In this document: positions 14,088 to 26,291 of the stretch, piece by piece
How the letters are laid out: each line of letters begins with the position of its first letter
Position numbering within the stretch: position 1 is the stretch's first letter
DNA from: Amphiscolops sp. MND2022
Taxonomy: Eukaryota
NCBI GenBank assembly: GCA_964187785.1
Contig: OZ076412.1
Location: 53,320,001 to 53,384,000 of the forward strand
Direction: 5' to 3'
DNA: 64,000 bases
Program-made: the position numbers and the translations under genes
Notes under the pieces: model-generated
What the model was told of the DNA's origin: nothing
Database searches by the model: none
What the model saw: only the letters and a program-made list of their open reading frames with translations

Positions 14088-16051
14088 CTACATAAAAAAG
14101 ATTGATGTGAAAACAATGAACTTCGTAATTCCTAAAAATTAGTCAGTCAATGATTGATCCATCTGGGACTGCGTTATTAAGCTACTCACCGGAAAAAAAC
14201 TGAGTTTAAGTCCTCAATTCCTAATATTGCTATTCAAAGTTTTATTTCGAAGAACTTCTGATCTAACACAGAAATTGCTACTATCAGTAGTTTTCTTCTA
14301 GTTCGTATTAAAATTGTTGTTCCAATTAATTTGTTGATGTTTTAATATGTCAACAATTCAAGTCACCAACCTGTATTTTTTTGTGCTGGAAGCTCTCCAA
14401 CATACTTGCTTCGCTGTCAAACACGATAGCCGGACCTTCGAAGTAATGCCCCTCTTTTCCGCTTATTTTGGCAACTGCACCTTCTGGTGCCAGATTTCCG
14501 TGGATGATTTTCAAGTTGGATTTTGGTTTGCGAGGCGCTTTGACTGAGAATATGACGTCTTGATGAAGGTTTTCTAGACTAGGGACATGTTCCAGATTTT
14601 CAGCCAGAGTTTTGCCAGTGACAGTAATACAATGCGCGTTGAGATACCTGTGCAATGTTTAAAACAAGATTCATTCTTGTTCTGAAATTATTTTCATAGT
14701 TTGTACTCGAAAGTTTCAATTGTCACTGTATAACATTGACATTGTTATTTATATTCTTTCGCCAATCTCGCAGAGTAGCTACTTTTTATTTCTTTATTTT
14801 CAAGCACATTCCATCCTCGTGCATCAAAGCTAAAACGTATTCGAAGAGTATTTTAGTCTTTTTGTTTTCCGTCCCCATATTCCAATATTTTAGTCTTTTT
14901 GTTTTCTGTCCCCATATTCCAAAAGTTGGAAAGTAACTAACACAGCCGAGTTTTCTCGTAACTTTGCTATGTTCCATTTTAAACCGAAATGATTCTTCCA
15001 GAAAATTTAACTACCATAAAATTAGGTTCGTAACAGTGTAGTATTAGTGAAGATATTTCAATTTTCCTAGAAAAAAGTGAAAGACAAACAAAAAGACTAA
15101 AATGACCCCAAAATAGCCAAAAAAATCAAACTCAGTTTTTAACTGTTTTATGCAATTTTTGTAGTTTCTGAATATATTTGTGGGCATGAGTTCAACAGAA
15201 CAATCAGCAATTTAGCATACTCTTGTACAGAGAAACCTATAGTTTTTTTTTAAAAAAAAAGGATGATATGGACCAAAAAGTGTCGAAATCTTAACTAGTT
15301 TATAGACTACATTGGAGCCTTAGAAAATGTCGTCGCTAAAAGAGCTTAGAATGGAAAATATTTCGGCGCTCAGTCGAGTCTTGTAAAGAACTTGGATAGA
15401 CAAAAGGGTCTTCGTTCGATACTTCGTTATTTTTCAATAGCTTTAAAGCATAAATTTGCTCCCGGCTTATTATCAATAACTACACTCCACAAATTTATAC
15501 ATTGTTTGTATCGATTTAAAGTAATCGATTTAAATAATAATTTGAATAATAATTAATTTACAATAATTGTCATTATTAGTTTTAATTTGAATTTTTACAC
15601 TGCCCTCGTATATGTGAAATCTATCATTTTATCAAATTTGAGGAAATTCAGTGTCTTTTTTGTTTCAATAGAAACGACTTTTTCACAACTTAAGATCGAG
15701 CGCAAATGTAAATCTTAGTTGAAAACTTCGTCGAGTGTACGTACAGCAGGTAACTTGAAATCTAACGTCCACAACCAGCTTCGTGACCAAACAACATCTG
15801 CCGAAAATTTCAAATTTTTGAAGTAATACCGCACACAAAATGGCCGATTTGGCGGATACCCAAAATCTGTCTAGAAGACGTGCAAGAACGCCCAGACAGA
15901 GAACTGCAACGCCCACCAGCTTGGTGACAAAACAACACCTGCCAGAAATTTGTCAAAAATTCAAAGTACCGCACAAAAGAAATATGGTCGACTTAGCAGG
16001 TACCTAAAATCAGTCTGGAAGACGCATAAGAACACCCACACAGCGACACCT

Positions 16052-16098
<47 letters not shown>

Positions 16099-19000
16099 CA
16101 CAGAGAGACACCCTGAAGAGACAAAGAAGAAATAAGAGAACACATATTCTGTGAACAATACAAAACACTCCGGTGTAGTGCCGTCTCGTCCAGAGAATTC
16201 GCCACAGAATGCGGACACCACCGAATTTTAATGGAAGAAATAGGCAACTTTTGCAATAACTGTTTATCAGGTGAAGACTCGCTGAGACTTCATAAACATC
16301 ATTTCAAAGTGTAACTGATAATTCTCTGTGTATTTGTATTGATTTTCAAGTATTTGGAAATGCATGATCTGCCAGATTCTTTATTTTCATGACATTTACC
16401 AAATACAATGTACTTTCGCGAATTGTGTGTAGGAAGTCACAGGACTTTCAGTGTGCCAGCATCGAGGAGTCTCCTCGACGTTAGAAAAGTCCCCCAAAAG
16501 ACCGTTTATGGGAGAAAAACTGACGTTTAGGGTTGTAGATAGACTACGATCTCCCGTCCAAGCGACCTAAGCATTGTCCCAGTTTTAGTATGTGCTCTTT
16601 TTGCACTGCAGGACGTTACCAAATTTTTTGAATAAAAGTTAGAAAACTTCTTGTCATGACATCATATTTTTGTTTCACGTACCCATTATCTAGCAGGTGT
16701 TTGAGGAAGATGGAGGTGCCTCCTACTGAATGTAGGTCTGGCATGAAATACTTTCCACTGGGCTTCACGTTGCCTATGAAAGGAACTCTGTCGCTGATTG
16801 GCTGGAAATCTTGCATGTCCAGGGGGATTCCACCAGTATATGCAACTGCCAGTATATGTAATACTGCGTTTGTAGAGCCCCCAATGGCGCAAACTGCTGT
16901 GATGGCATTTTCTAAGGACTTCCTAAAACAATGTAACTGTTATGCAGCGCGTTATTTTCATCAAAGAATATTAAACAATAAATAAATTCAGCAAAAAAAA
17001 ATTAAATATCGACTTCACTTATTGTGTCTTCAAGCCTACTGCTGAGACTGTTGAGGACTTCTGGGTTTTTCAATGCTCCTTTTTTGGTTTATTTGAAAAC
17101 AACCATTTTGAATTGAAAAACAGAATGTCCAAATCTTGAACTTGAAAGGTAATTTTCCTGGAACAGCATTAATCTTAGCCCCCACAATAACGCTCAAAAA
17201 CTTAATGCACGACTAGCCGAGTGAACTTAATGCAAAACTTAACCGAGTGATGATATCTGAAGGCTTTATGTTCTTCACCAGCAAGTTTTTCATCGCAGGT
17301 CCTATCCTCGAGCACTCTTTTTCTTTCGCGGGGTCTAACGCGGGGTTTGAGGACCCGTTGGGGAGACACATACCCATAGCTTCAATGGCCACCGCCATTG
17401 TGTTGGCTGTGTACAGACCTGGACAGGATCCAGAACAACTGGAAGAATGCTTTGTAATCTCAATTCTTTCCTCATTCGTGATCTGGCCAGCTATCATTTT
17501 CCCATACAACTCCGAAGCCCCTCCGATATCAACAATTTCACCTGTTGGAAGTTTCATTATTCACGCATAAGATCATTCAATTTGTGACGTGAATCAGAGT
17601 TCTAGGCGTTTCACAATCGAATAAAAAGCACTACTACCTAATTGAGTTAACTGATAGGAGATAAGGAGTTTTTGAGTTTTTCAGTTTTTCCAATCCTGTT
17701 TTTAGTCGGCGCCTTTTCCCTTGAGGAAAAAAGCCCGACTATTACAGTGGGTATTTTTTTCAGCCTACAATCTCACTCTGAATGGTCCACTTTTCTTACA
17801 ATTCTCACAACCTTACAATTTTTACAATTCTTACTTAGCTTACGAAGCAGTATTTTTACATTATCTAAGAAACTCAACGGGGCCAAAGGGTACTCCCTTA
17901 GAGTATCTTCGGCTCTGTGAGACTTTTTTTCGAAATAAAAAATTTTTTACCAAAGGGTTCTCTTCAATTTTTTGATATTTTCTGACAGAATGGATGTTGG
18001 AAACTCCCAAAGGGTCCCCCTTTCAGTTTTTTCGGCATTGTGAGACTTTTTTTCATAAAAGGGTCGCCAATTCACCAATGCTTCGACATTTTGAAATTCT
18101 TTTGCTATTTTTCAGCCTTAGATATGGCGCCGACTTGGGCCGTTCCCGGCTTGTTATGGATTTAACTAAGATATAACCCTGTGATTGTTGGGGACCGAAA
18201 GGAAATAGTTTTTGCTTCGAGAAATGATATCTATATGCAATCAATGTGAAGACAAAATTTCAACCTTTATACTTCTTGACGAGCATAGATCCCCCGTAAA
18301 GAACAATGGAAGGTCGGTCGATCCTCAGTTGGGCAATTAGCACCCCTGGCATGTTTTTGTCGCAATTTGGGATACTGACATTGGCGTCGTAGTGCATGCA
18401 TTCTGTCACTGTCTCAATCGAGTCGGCAATGATCTCTCGGGACAACAGCGAGTACCTCATGCCCTCAGTACCCATCGACATTGCGTCACTAATGCTGATC
18501 GTGTTGAACCTGAAACGCCAGAGAACTGCTGAGGGAAAACTTCATCACTGCTTTTTCCAGGAAGGAAACATTATCATCGCTTTCAAATACGTTTTGAGTA
18601 GATACTTCTACAACAAAGTGGCACGTTTCTAATGAGAGAACCTTAAGCTGAAAGGTCTACTTTCTCCAAAGTAATCGAACTTTCGCTTCATATTTATAGG
18701 GTTTCTTACTCGGTTAGTTTTCACTGAAGTCGACTATAATAGTAGCTTTTGCAATCTGATTCAAGTAACCCAAACGTTTCTGCATTCAAAATACCAAGCC
18801 ATTTGTAAGTTTTTGGTCACTGTGCGAATTGTTTTTTTTTAAAATTTCAATTCACAGGAAAGTTTTTGTCCTCAAACGTTTTAATCAGGGTTTCCCTACA
18901 AGGCCGATGATCATAATCTGACCATATTATGGCACCATACAAATCATACAATTTTACTTACTATGATCTTGCCATGATCGGCCTGGAATCATTTATGGTC

Positions 19001-22000
19001 CAGAGTATGATCGGCCTGGAATCATACTGTGAATACGATGGCAGAGTATTATTGACCTTATTTTGTATGGGAGGGGATCCCGGGATGAATATTTCTGAAT
19101 TGAAACAGATTTTTTGGATTTTTTCGAAAGCAGTTCCTTTACAATTTGGAGTACTTTGCGGTCTTTGAACATCGAGCGCTGCGCCGACTAAGACAGTTAA
19201 CGTTAATTTTACGCGAACTGCAAACATTGGAATGGTTCGTTTTTGAAATCGCGTCACTGTTTGAACAAAAATTTATATTACACTCATCAAAGGGGTTCTT
19301 TTTCATTTATTTGTAATTACAACCAATATTAAATAGGTCCAAAACGTCCCATTCAAAGATTGATTCGGGATTACATTGTGCATGAAATAACATGGCTGCT
19401 TTTTAAAATGTTTTTCCAAACGACGTACTTGTCCCATAATAAAAATTGCCATGTGATATGCTTTTTAATACATTTCTTTTTGTTTTTTTGTCTGCGCTCA
19501 ACCCCTGGTTGTTTTTATCTCTTCAATCAAAGCTCGTTTTTCTGTTTAATCGCCCCACAGGGTACATGCCTCCGGTCTGTGCATGTTGCTTGCGTTTTTA
19601 AGGCTTTTGACCCGGATTGCTGATCCGTGCCAATTGTCATGCTTGTTTTATTATTTTTGTCGAAGTGGTGGCGGTCTGAACCGTTGTTACTGAAAGAGCG
19701 GTTTGGAGTTTATCCTTAGTTTTTCTTAGGAAGCTTTCTTGTAGGCTCTTTCAAAAAAAGTAAAAGGATTGTTGGAGGTTTTTTCCGTACTTACCGCATT
19801 TCAGTAAACAGTTTCTTCGTCTGTGTGTAGGACATCACCCTTCTGTATTTCGGGTCATACGTCGCCGGCTTTAATATGATCAGTTGGTCTGGAATTGTAC
19901 CGGCAGAATTGCGGGTGATCAAAACGGAAAGGTCACTTGAAACGACTTCAGGATAAATTTCTTAGTTCCGGGTGTGTGTCCAAAATGTTATTTAAAAAGT
20001 GTCTGCCTAATTTCTTGAGCGTACTGCAATTCGAACTACATACAATGCACTGTTTAGGTTCTGACGGAAATTTGATGCCTATGCGTCTTTCAGCAGGTAT
20101 GCTTTGTCGTGTTTTGCAAAAATTGGATTGTTCTCTCGATTGTGCCTATGTGTTTTTCGCAGCGCCGTAAATGCGAGTCACATTTTGCTCTTTGCATTTC
20201 TATACTCTTTGATATGAAAGCTTTGCTTTTGTCCAATTTTAGGAATTTTGGCACACTGTATACATATGTATGATCATCTAGAAATGTTATTACGGTAACT
20301 TGGTTGGTGTTTTTGAAATTGTCACCACTGAGCCTGCCGCAACTTTTGTCTTCGGCTTCGAGTATAAAAGGGGACGATGCAATGTTTACTGTGCAAAGTT
20401 CCCCTAGAATCTAATGAAAACGCTTCTCCTGGAAATTCAGATGGATCAATTGTTTTTTTTTCGATTTTTCTATATGAGGGATTTCAAATTTTTAATTCTT
20501 TCCACCATTGAGTTAGGCTGAGCCTGTCTTTGCCTTCTTTCCGATGTCAGCCACACATCCGACATCCAGAATATAGCTGTATCGGTGCACATTTTGTTGT
20601 TGCGTTACATGACGAAAATGTAATGCGTTGAATGCCGGGTAGCATGACCTTTCGAAGACTACAGTTCTGCCGTCTCCAACTTTGATTCAGCGACAGTGTG
20701 TAAGTCTTTTTCCCACTTGTGTATATTCTTCAGCATTTTAGATAAAGTTGTTCTCTTCAAGACAGCATTGTTCCCCAATGATGTCGAGGTTGGAAGCGGC
20801 TTCCTTTAAACAACGTTTCCCATGTCCACCGAAACATCAAGTTCGGCCACCAGTACACAATCTATTTGTCGTTTGCTGATGGCTTGCTGTTAGTGATGGT
20901 TTTCCTTTTTCTCTCTACCGCACGGTCGCTTCCTACACAGTGTACAGCTATCTTCTCAATGAGGTCGTAACGGTAGTCTTAAAATCGGAATGCCCGGATA
21001 CACTGGCGGATCGAGTGTGGTTACCGGTACCTCGTGTGAAGGTTAAACGGTAGATTCGGTTGTCTTGTGGCAAATAATTAGAAGATCCGATGAGGGGTCC
21101 TTCTCTCGATGGGACTTCGTCGTCGAAATGTTTCGCATTTCCGCCCCAGTATGTTTTTTTTTGCATTCTTCTTTCCGCTTTACCTGGAGGTTGGTGTGTT
21201 TCTGGTTGCATGTCTAAGTTCTTTTTGGCATCAGGGTCTACCGAATTTTGTCGCTTGTGCCACTGGGTCCGCATAATGCCGGGTTTGCTAATCGTAGACA
21301 TCGTCCTTCGCTTCTGGTGAAATGTCTTTTCTTTTTTGAATGGCCTTGATTGAATTTTTCGCTTCCCAGTGGCGTTTCAAACCTTTTTTCTATGCAAACA
21401 TTTTTTTTGTAGTTGTTGTCATTGTTTTCAATCATTAGATTATCTCGTGTATGGTCATCATTCGCAGACTTGGTCTGCGTTGAACTGGATTGTGAACAAG
21501 TGTGGTATTGTTTGGTTGGTAGCAGCTCGTATCAGTTTGCTTACCGTCTTATCTGTGTTCGTGCGTTCTGATTGGTTAAAATCCTAATCAATGCGGCTGT
21601 TTACCGTTGCACCCTCGGCGGAAGTGTTGATGAGGAATTGCTTCCGGTTTTGGTTTTTCAGTGTCTTTACAGTTATTGAAATGGGAAATTTATTTTCTCT
21701 TCCGGCAGTGTACTTCAGGGCACTGTGGAAATAAGGTAATCAGTCTAGTGACAGTTTTATACGGGCGCTGGTTTGTTTGTTCGTCCTGTTTTTCTTCGAT
21801 TGTTGTTCAAGCTTGGTGTTAGGAAAATAGAAGGACTTGTTTACCGTTTAAGTGAAATCTGAAAAGTTTGAGTTGCCGTAGTCCCTAAATTACGGCCAGT
21901 AGTTCTGTTTCGCAGGCAGAGTTTTTTCCCCTCTGCATCGTTTAAACAGCTGACAATCGCAACTCGTTTAAAGTCCCCGTTCCCTTATTTCTGCCATAGT

Positions 22001-23362
22001 GCTATTAAAAGTTCGGTGTTGCAGGAGTTTGTTGTTCTTTGTTGCTGTTGTATTGTTTTGTTGTTAGTTCTCTTTTCATGTTGTTGAAGTCGGAGATTCT
22101 TCTTGTTTCCTATTTTGTTTGTTTCGAGCAACAATTGTCTCCGTTTTTCAGTCGGCGTTTTTCCAGAGAAAAGTGTCGACTGTAGTCATGACTTTTCGTC
22201 AGTGTTTTTTTAACTTTAAAATTTCTTTTACAATACAACTGAAGTGACGTGAAGTGAAGTTCTACCCCAAAAATTATACAAGTATTTAAGAAGCCGCCAA
22301 ATTGTACCCGTTGGCTCAAGGAACTGAACCAAAAAAAGTTTCCCGCGTAACATACAATACCGGACGAGACCAAAGGGTCCCCCTTTTAGGTTTTTTGGCA
22401 TTGTGAAGCTTTTTCATTTTTTTTCGTAAAAGGGTCCCCAATTCACCAATAGTTTGACATTTTGAAGTCCTTTTGCTGTTTTGGAGCCATAGATATGGCG
22501 CCAACTTGGGGCGGTCCCCGCTTGTTTCTTATAGGTTTGGGATGAACTTGCGGAACATTTGATTGCGCCGAGGAACGATTTTGGGGTCTTCGTATTTATT
22601 GGTGGTTCTAGTTTGTTGCTTCATATGATTTATTTTTGTTTAGACTTATTCCGTTCTGCGAGATTGTATGCCCTGACCATATTGTTTCTTTTGATATAAC
22701 TTTGATATCTGTTTGCTGGATTTAAATCCCTGGTTTTCTAATTTCGTACCCAGGTTGGGTCGATATCGTTTTTCGATAGTTCTCTGATTATCTGGTTTGT
22801 GATGTTTTGTCACTAGGCTGTTGGACGTTACAAAGTGTGATATTTGAGCTTTTTAATGGGAAAATATGTTTTCACTGACCTGAGTCCTTTGAGCCCTGCT
22901 TTGTCTACGCTGACTTTGACCCAGCTGGCCAATTGATCCAAGTGATTGTTGCAAGGATTGCCTTCGATCCAGCAGCTGGAGATACCCACGAACGGCCTCC
23001 TCATGTCCTAGCATAAATAATTCAATAACATTTGAGAGACCTTTATAGGGAAAAATTTTTATTGAGACAAAAAAAATTTGAAAATTAATCAAACAAGAAC
23101 TTCAAGCAAACATTTTTTGCAAGAAAAGTTTCGGAACTTGAAATGCATGAACAAGTTTCGAATATCCATCGAAGTTTTGTACAAATCTCATCAAAAATTC
23201 CATTGCAATTGTTTTTTTTTGTTTTGAACAACTTGCCTGCTCCGTCATGCCTATGCCGTACAGAAACGACTGACTCATGTTCTGCTTGGGATCCTCGGTC
23301 AACTTCCGACTGTGGGGTCGACACTCCGCGGGAAACTCTCCCATATCTTCTATGTCCGCCAT
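13692..23362 (-). CDS. ilvD: Dihydroxy-acid dehydratase (IlvD/Edd family), 7 exons, 569 aa: complement(join(13692..14087,14371..14647,16683..16922,17244..17541,18265..18509,22880..23007,23237..23362))
   Basis: Exon lengths 126+128+245+298+240+277+396=1710 nt. Splice phases 0,2,1,2,2,0 join without stops. Family motifs: EGNPCN (Fe-S Cys), [82 protein letters not shown] (catalytic Ser), GHVAPEA. All acceptors are AG; donors are GT except intron 1 (GC). Confidence 0.97.
14371..14647 (-). CDS. ilvD: ilvD exon 6 ([18 protein letters not shown]...KKIQ)
   Basis: CAG acceptor, CAG|GTTGGT donor; [17 protein letters not shown] motif. Confidence 0.96.
16054..16096. repeat. (AG)n microsatellite in ilvD intron 5
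   Basis: About 21 consecutive AG units. Confidence 0.97.
16683..16922 (-). CDS. ilvD: ilvD exon 5 ([22 protein letters not shown]...LLDNG)
   Basis: TTTTAG acceptor, GG|GTACGT donor; GGSTNAVLH and KPSGKY motifs. Confidence 0.96.
17244..17541 (-). CDS. ilvD: ilvD exon 4 (EIVDIGG...[12 protein letters not shown]...DIITR)
   Basis: CAG acceptor, CG|GTTAAG donor; overlaps ORF 17213..17557. Confidence 0.96.
17695..18155 (+). repeat. HINE-like repeat copy in ilvD intron 3
   Basis: Begins TTTTTAGTCGGCGCC, ends GGCGCCGACTTGGGCCGTTCCCGGCTTGTT. Confidence 0.9.
18265..18509 (-). CDS. ilvD: ilvD exon 3 ([13 protein letters not shown]...CDKNMPG...KYKG)
   Basis: TTTCAG acceptor, G|GTTGAA donor; overlaps ORF 18260..18481. 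Confidence 0.96.
19650..22200 (-). mobile_element. Degenerate Ty3/Gypsy pol fragment (RNase H to integrase) inside ilvD intron 2
   Basis: Minus-strand remnants resembling DYL-S, (W)LPGI...C..C, L-DFAG and PK-CIRTD, plus an RNaseH-IN spacer similar to that of the 29-35 kb provirus. No LTRs found. Confidence 0.65.
22310..22526 (+). repeat. Truncated HINE-like repeat copy in ilvD intron 2
   Basis: AAAGGGTCCCC subrepeats and AGATATGGCGCC..CTTGTT end. Confidence 0.85.
22880..23007 (-). CDS. ilvD: ilvD exon 2 ([23 protein letters not shown]...GLR)
   Basis: Acceptor TAG, donor AG|GTCAGT; contains NPCN. Not shown in this frame in the supplied ORF track; translated by hand. Confidence 0.95.
23237..23362 (-). 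CDS. ilvD: ilvD exon 1 ([10 protein letters not shown]...[10 protein letters not shown])
   Basis: ATG at 23362. [23 protein letters not shown] matches the DHAD N-terminal 'SR.IT.D..Q.ASQAMLY..G' region. Donor is CAG|GCAAGT. Confidence 0.9.
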
Positions 23363-25816
23363 GACGTCACAAATGCAAGCTCAAATAACCTGCAATTACG
23401 TCATCAAATTATTCAATAACGTTCTAAGTTTGTTATGACCCTTTTGCTTTAACACTTCAAAGACCAAGAATCTCAGATATCACATGATGAATCAAGTTTC
23501 TGGACAGAAATAAACCACGCTAAAAAATTTTATGGCTTGTTCGATTCGTTTTTGATATATTTTTCCAACAAAATCGTAATACGATTTAATAACAAAGATA
23601 GGTTTTGAAACTAATTGATTTCGGAAGTCCGAGTGAATGCATACCATTGTACATGAAGGCCTCGAATATAAATCTGGTTTTTAACCGGCCAACCAACACT
23701 GATTAAAATTTACCAAAGCAAAACTAGGCAACTCGGTTTGAGCCTCTTACTAACTTAGTAAGAGGCTCAAAACATGTTGAACATTTTGGTTATCACGGGA
23801 AAACCTAGCTATGGAAAGAAGTGTTTTAATTTTTTTCATTTGAACTGTTTCTTGTGGATTAAAAAAAAACAAAAAAACTTGACACTATGCTGACTTCTAC
23901 AGATTGGTGTGATGTGAAAAGGAATCAAATAATTCGAGAAATTTTTCGAAGAAGAACAACTTTTGAATCTCACATGCACGAAATTCAGTGCTATTAACAG
24001 TTTTAAGATATTTGTAATTATAATTTTAGAATTGAAATAAAATAAATTAATAAATGTAATTAATAATGGCAATCAATAAGCTGAAAAGTGCTTTTCGTTT
24101 TTTGCTGAGAAATTTTTTATCAACTTGTAATGAGAGTATAAAGGGAAAACTTCATTGCATTCACAGCATAAAGTGACGTCACAGTTAGAAAATCTAGGAA
24201 TCTATGGACATGGTATAATTAATAAAGTTAGACAAACGTGACTACTGGGCGTGTAGAAGAGGGAAAACTGGAAAGGAAATTGAAGTAGTCGTATGAATTG
24301 GCTAGTGAAATATTCAAGTGCACAACTTAAGCGTCTACTTTTATTGCGCTGGTTATTGGACCATGGTAGAAGCTGAATGTGCTAAAAGTCTCGTTCTTTA
24401 TTATAACGACTAAACCCAATCGGATATAATTATTAAATAATTGCCACTTACCTACCAAATCTACGGAACTAGAATACTGTATTGTTTTGAGCTATTGTGG
24501 AATCTCCCTACTTATAACATTGCAAACCCACAAGTACAAATGTAACTATTGTCAAAAATGATCACATAATGATATTAGCATGAGTTTATTCCAGATTTTG
24601 GTGGCACGTTGACTCATAGTGTAAACTGTAGTTTTTTGAAAAAATTGGCTAAAATGTGCAGTTTTTAATTTATATAACATTATTTACAGCTTAAACAGTA
24701 TACACATAATGCAAACCAAAAAAATATAAAACTATTCTCGAGATGATGATTGAATATGGGGGAACTATTTTGGAGTTTCCAATTAGTTTTGGTAAGTAAG
24801 AGTATATTCGACACACTGTGGTCGCACTTAAACGTGAATCTCGTGTCTTGGTTTTGAAAAATAGCTATTTTCCAGATGACATGGTCCAACATCTTTTTTG
24901 ATCATCTTATTCATTGAAAGACTAGAGAGTAATTTGTGAAGGATCTTAACAAGCGATCCGGACCAATAACGATGGGAAATTGTGCAAAACTATGCCTGTC
25001 ATTATGTGTTTCAATGGAGTTTGCAAAAAGTTTGACGTGAAAAAACGAGAAGCGCAATGTCCTTGAAGTTTTTCTGCTTGGCTGGAGAAAAGAAACGAGA
25101 TCGATTGTGAAGTTTGTGGACAAGGTAGTGAGAATGAACCGTCCAATGTGAGCTTTGCTGTCTGGAAATATTGTAAAAGTCGATCATTTTTTACCACGGA
25201 ATGCGATGACTTATAACAGCGAAACAGTTCTCCAAAAATTGGACAAGAAAACAAGAGGTTCGCGTAATAATAGTTTGCCATTGTTATAATCTAATATTCT
25301 ACGGTTAAAACAGATCTTTGTTTTAAGACTTTAACTCGATTCTCTTCAAGTATCTATTTCTATCTTCGTTACAAAACAACAATGATTTCAAGCACAATAA
25401 CAATAAGTGACAATAATTAGAGTTTTGTTGGTATACAAGACCAAGTCTCTCTGTCTAAGTCCGTATGTTACGGTATGAACTGAATCTACGGTAGAGGTCA
25501 TGATGACGGCATGTCACAGCCATCATAGGAGAAACGTGATATAATTGAAAAATGGCTTTCGCGCATTGGAAGTTCCCGGAGTTTTGGTAAAGTATTTGAT
25601 AGTTTTTGTGAAAACTCACTTGGAAGTACAATGGAAACAACGTAAATTGTGATGAGAGCAGCGCCAAAATATACCGTGTTCTGCTTATTATAACCCTTCC
25701 GATAATAAGACACTCGTTAATTTTGACGGCTTGCTGAAAACAACTATCCAAATATAAGCAGTGTAAAAATTTATATTGTATTGCAATATATTGCAATTAA
25801 ATACAATTAAAATATT

Positions 25817-26291
25817 GGACCATGTGATCTATTTACCCCCCCCCCCCCAGGTACACCTTGTTAGGAATTCCCCCCCCCCCAAACGAAAACGGCTTTTTCA
25901 CAAGTATATTAATTATTGAATGAATGAAACAAGTTGATATGCTTACAAATATTAACAAACGCGTGAAGTTAAACTTCGAGGCAAAAGACCCAAATTTTTT
26001 AAATGCTGACTGCAAAGTTCGTAGTTTTGTAAATATGGAAGTATGTCCGTTTGGAAGCACATTTCAAAGAATAATGATTGATTTTAACTGTCAATCAATG
26101 TAAAAGATATGATTATGTCGACATCAATTATTTTATTGGACTAAAATTTCAACGCAACGATGTCGACATAATGGTATTTGACTATTTAAAACGTTATGTC
26201 GACATAATTAATTCGTTTAAAACTAGTATTTGAACCTACTGTATTATTCCCCCCCCCACCGCAGTTTGGGGGGAAATAGATCACATGGTCC
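25817..26291. mobile_element. MITE with 8-bp TSD (hAT-like)
   Basis: TIR GGACCATGTGATCTATTT / AAATAGATCACATGGTCC; AAAATATT on both sides (25809-25816, 26292-26299). Confidence 0.9.

Noticed and set aside
15950-16256. ORFs with ER/SL repeats
   Set aside because: Artefacts of the (AG)n microsatellite inside ilvD intron 5.
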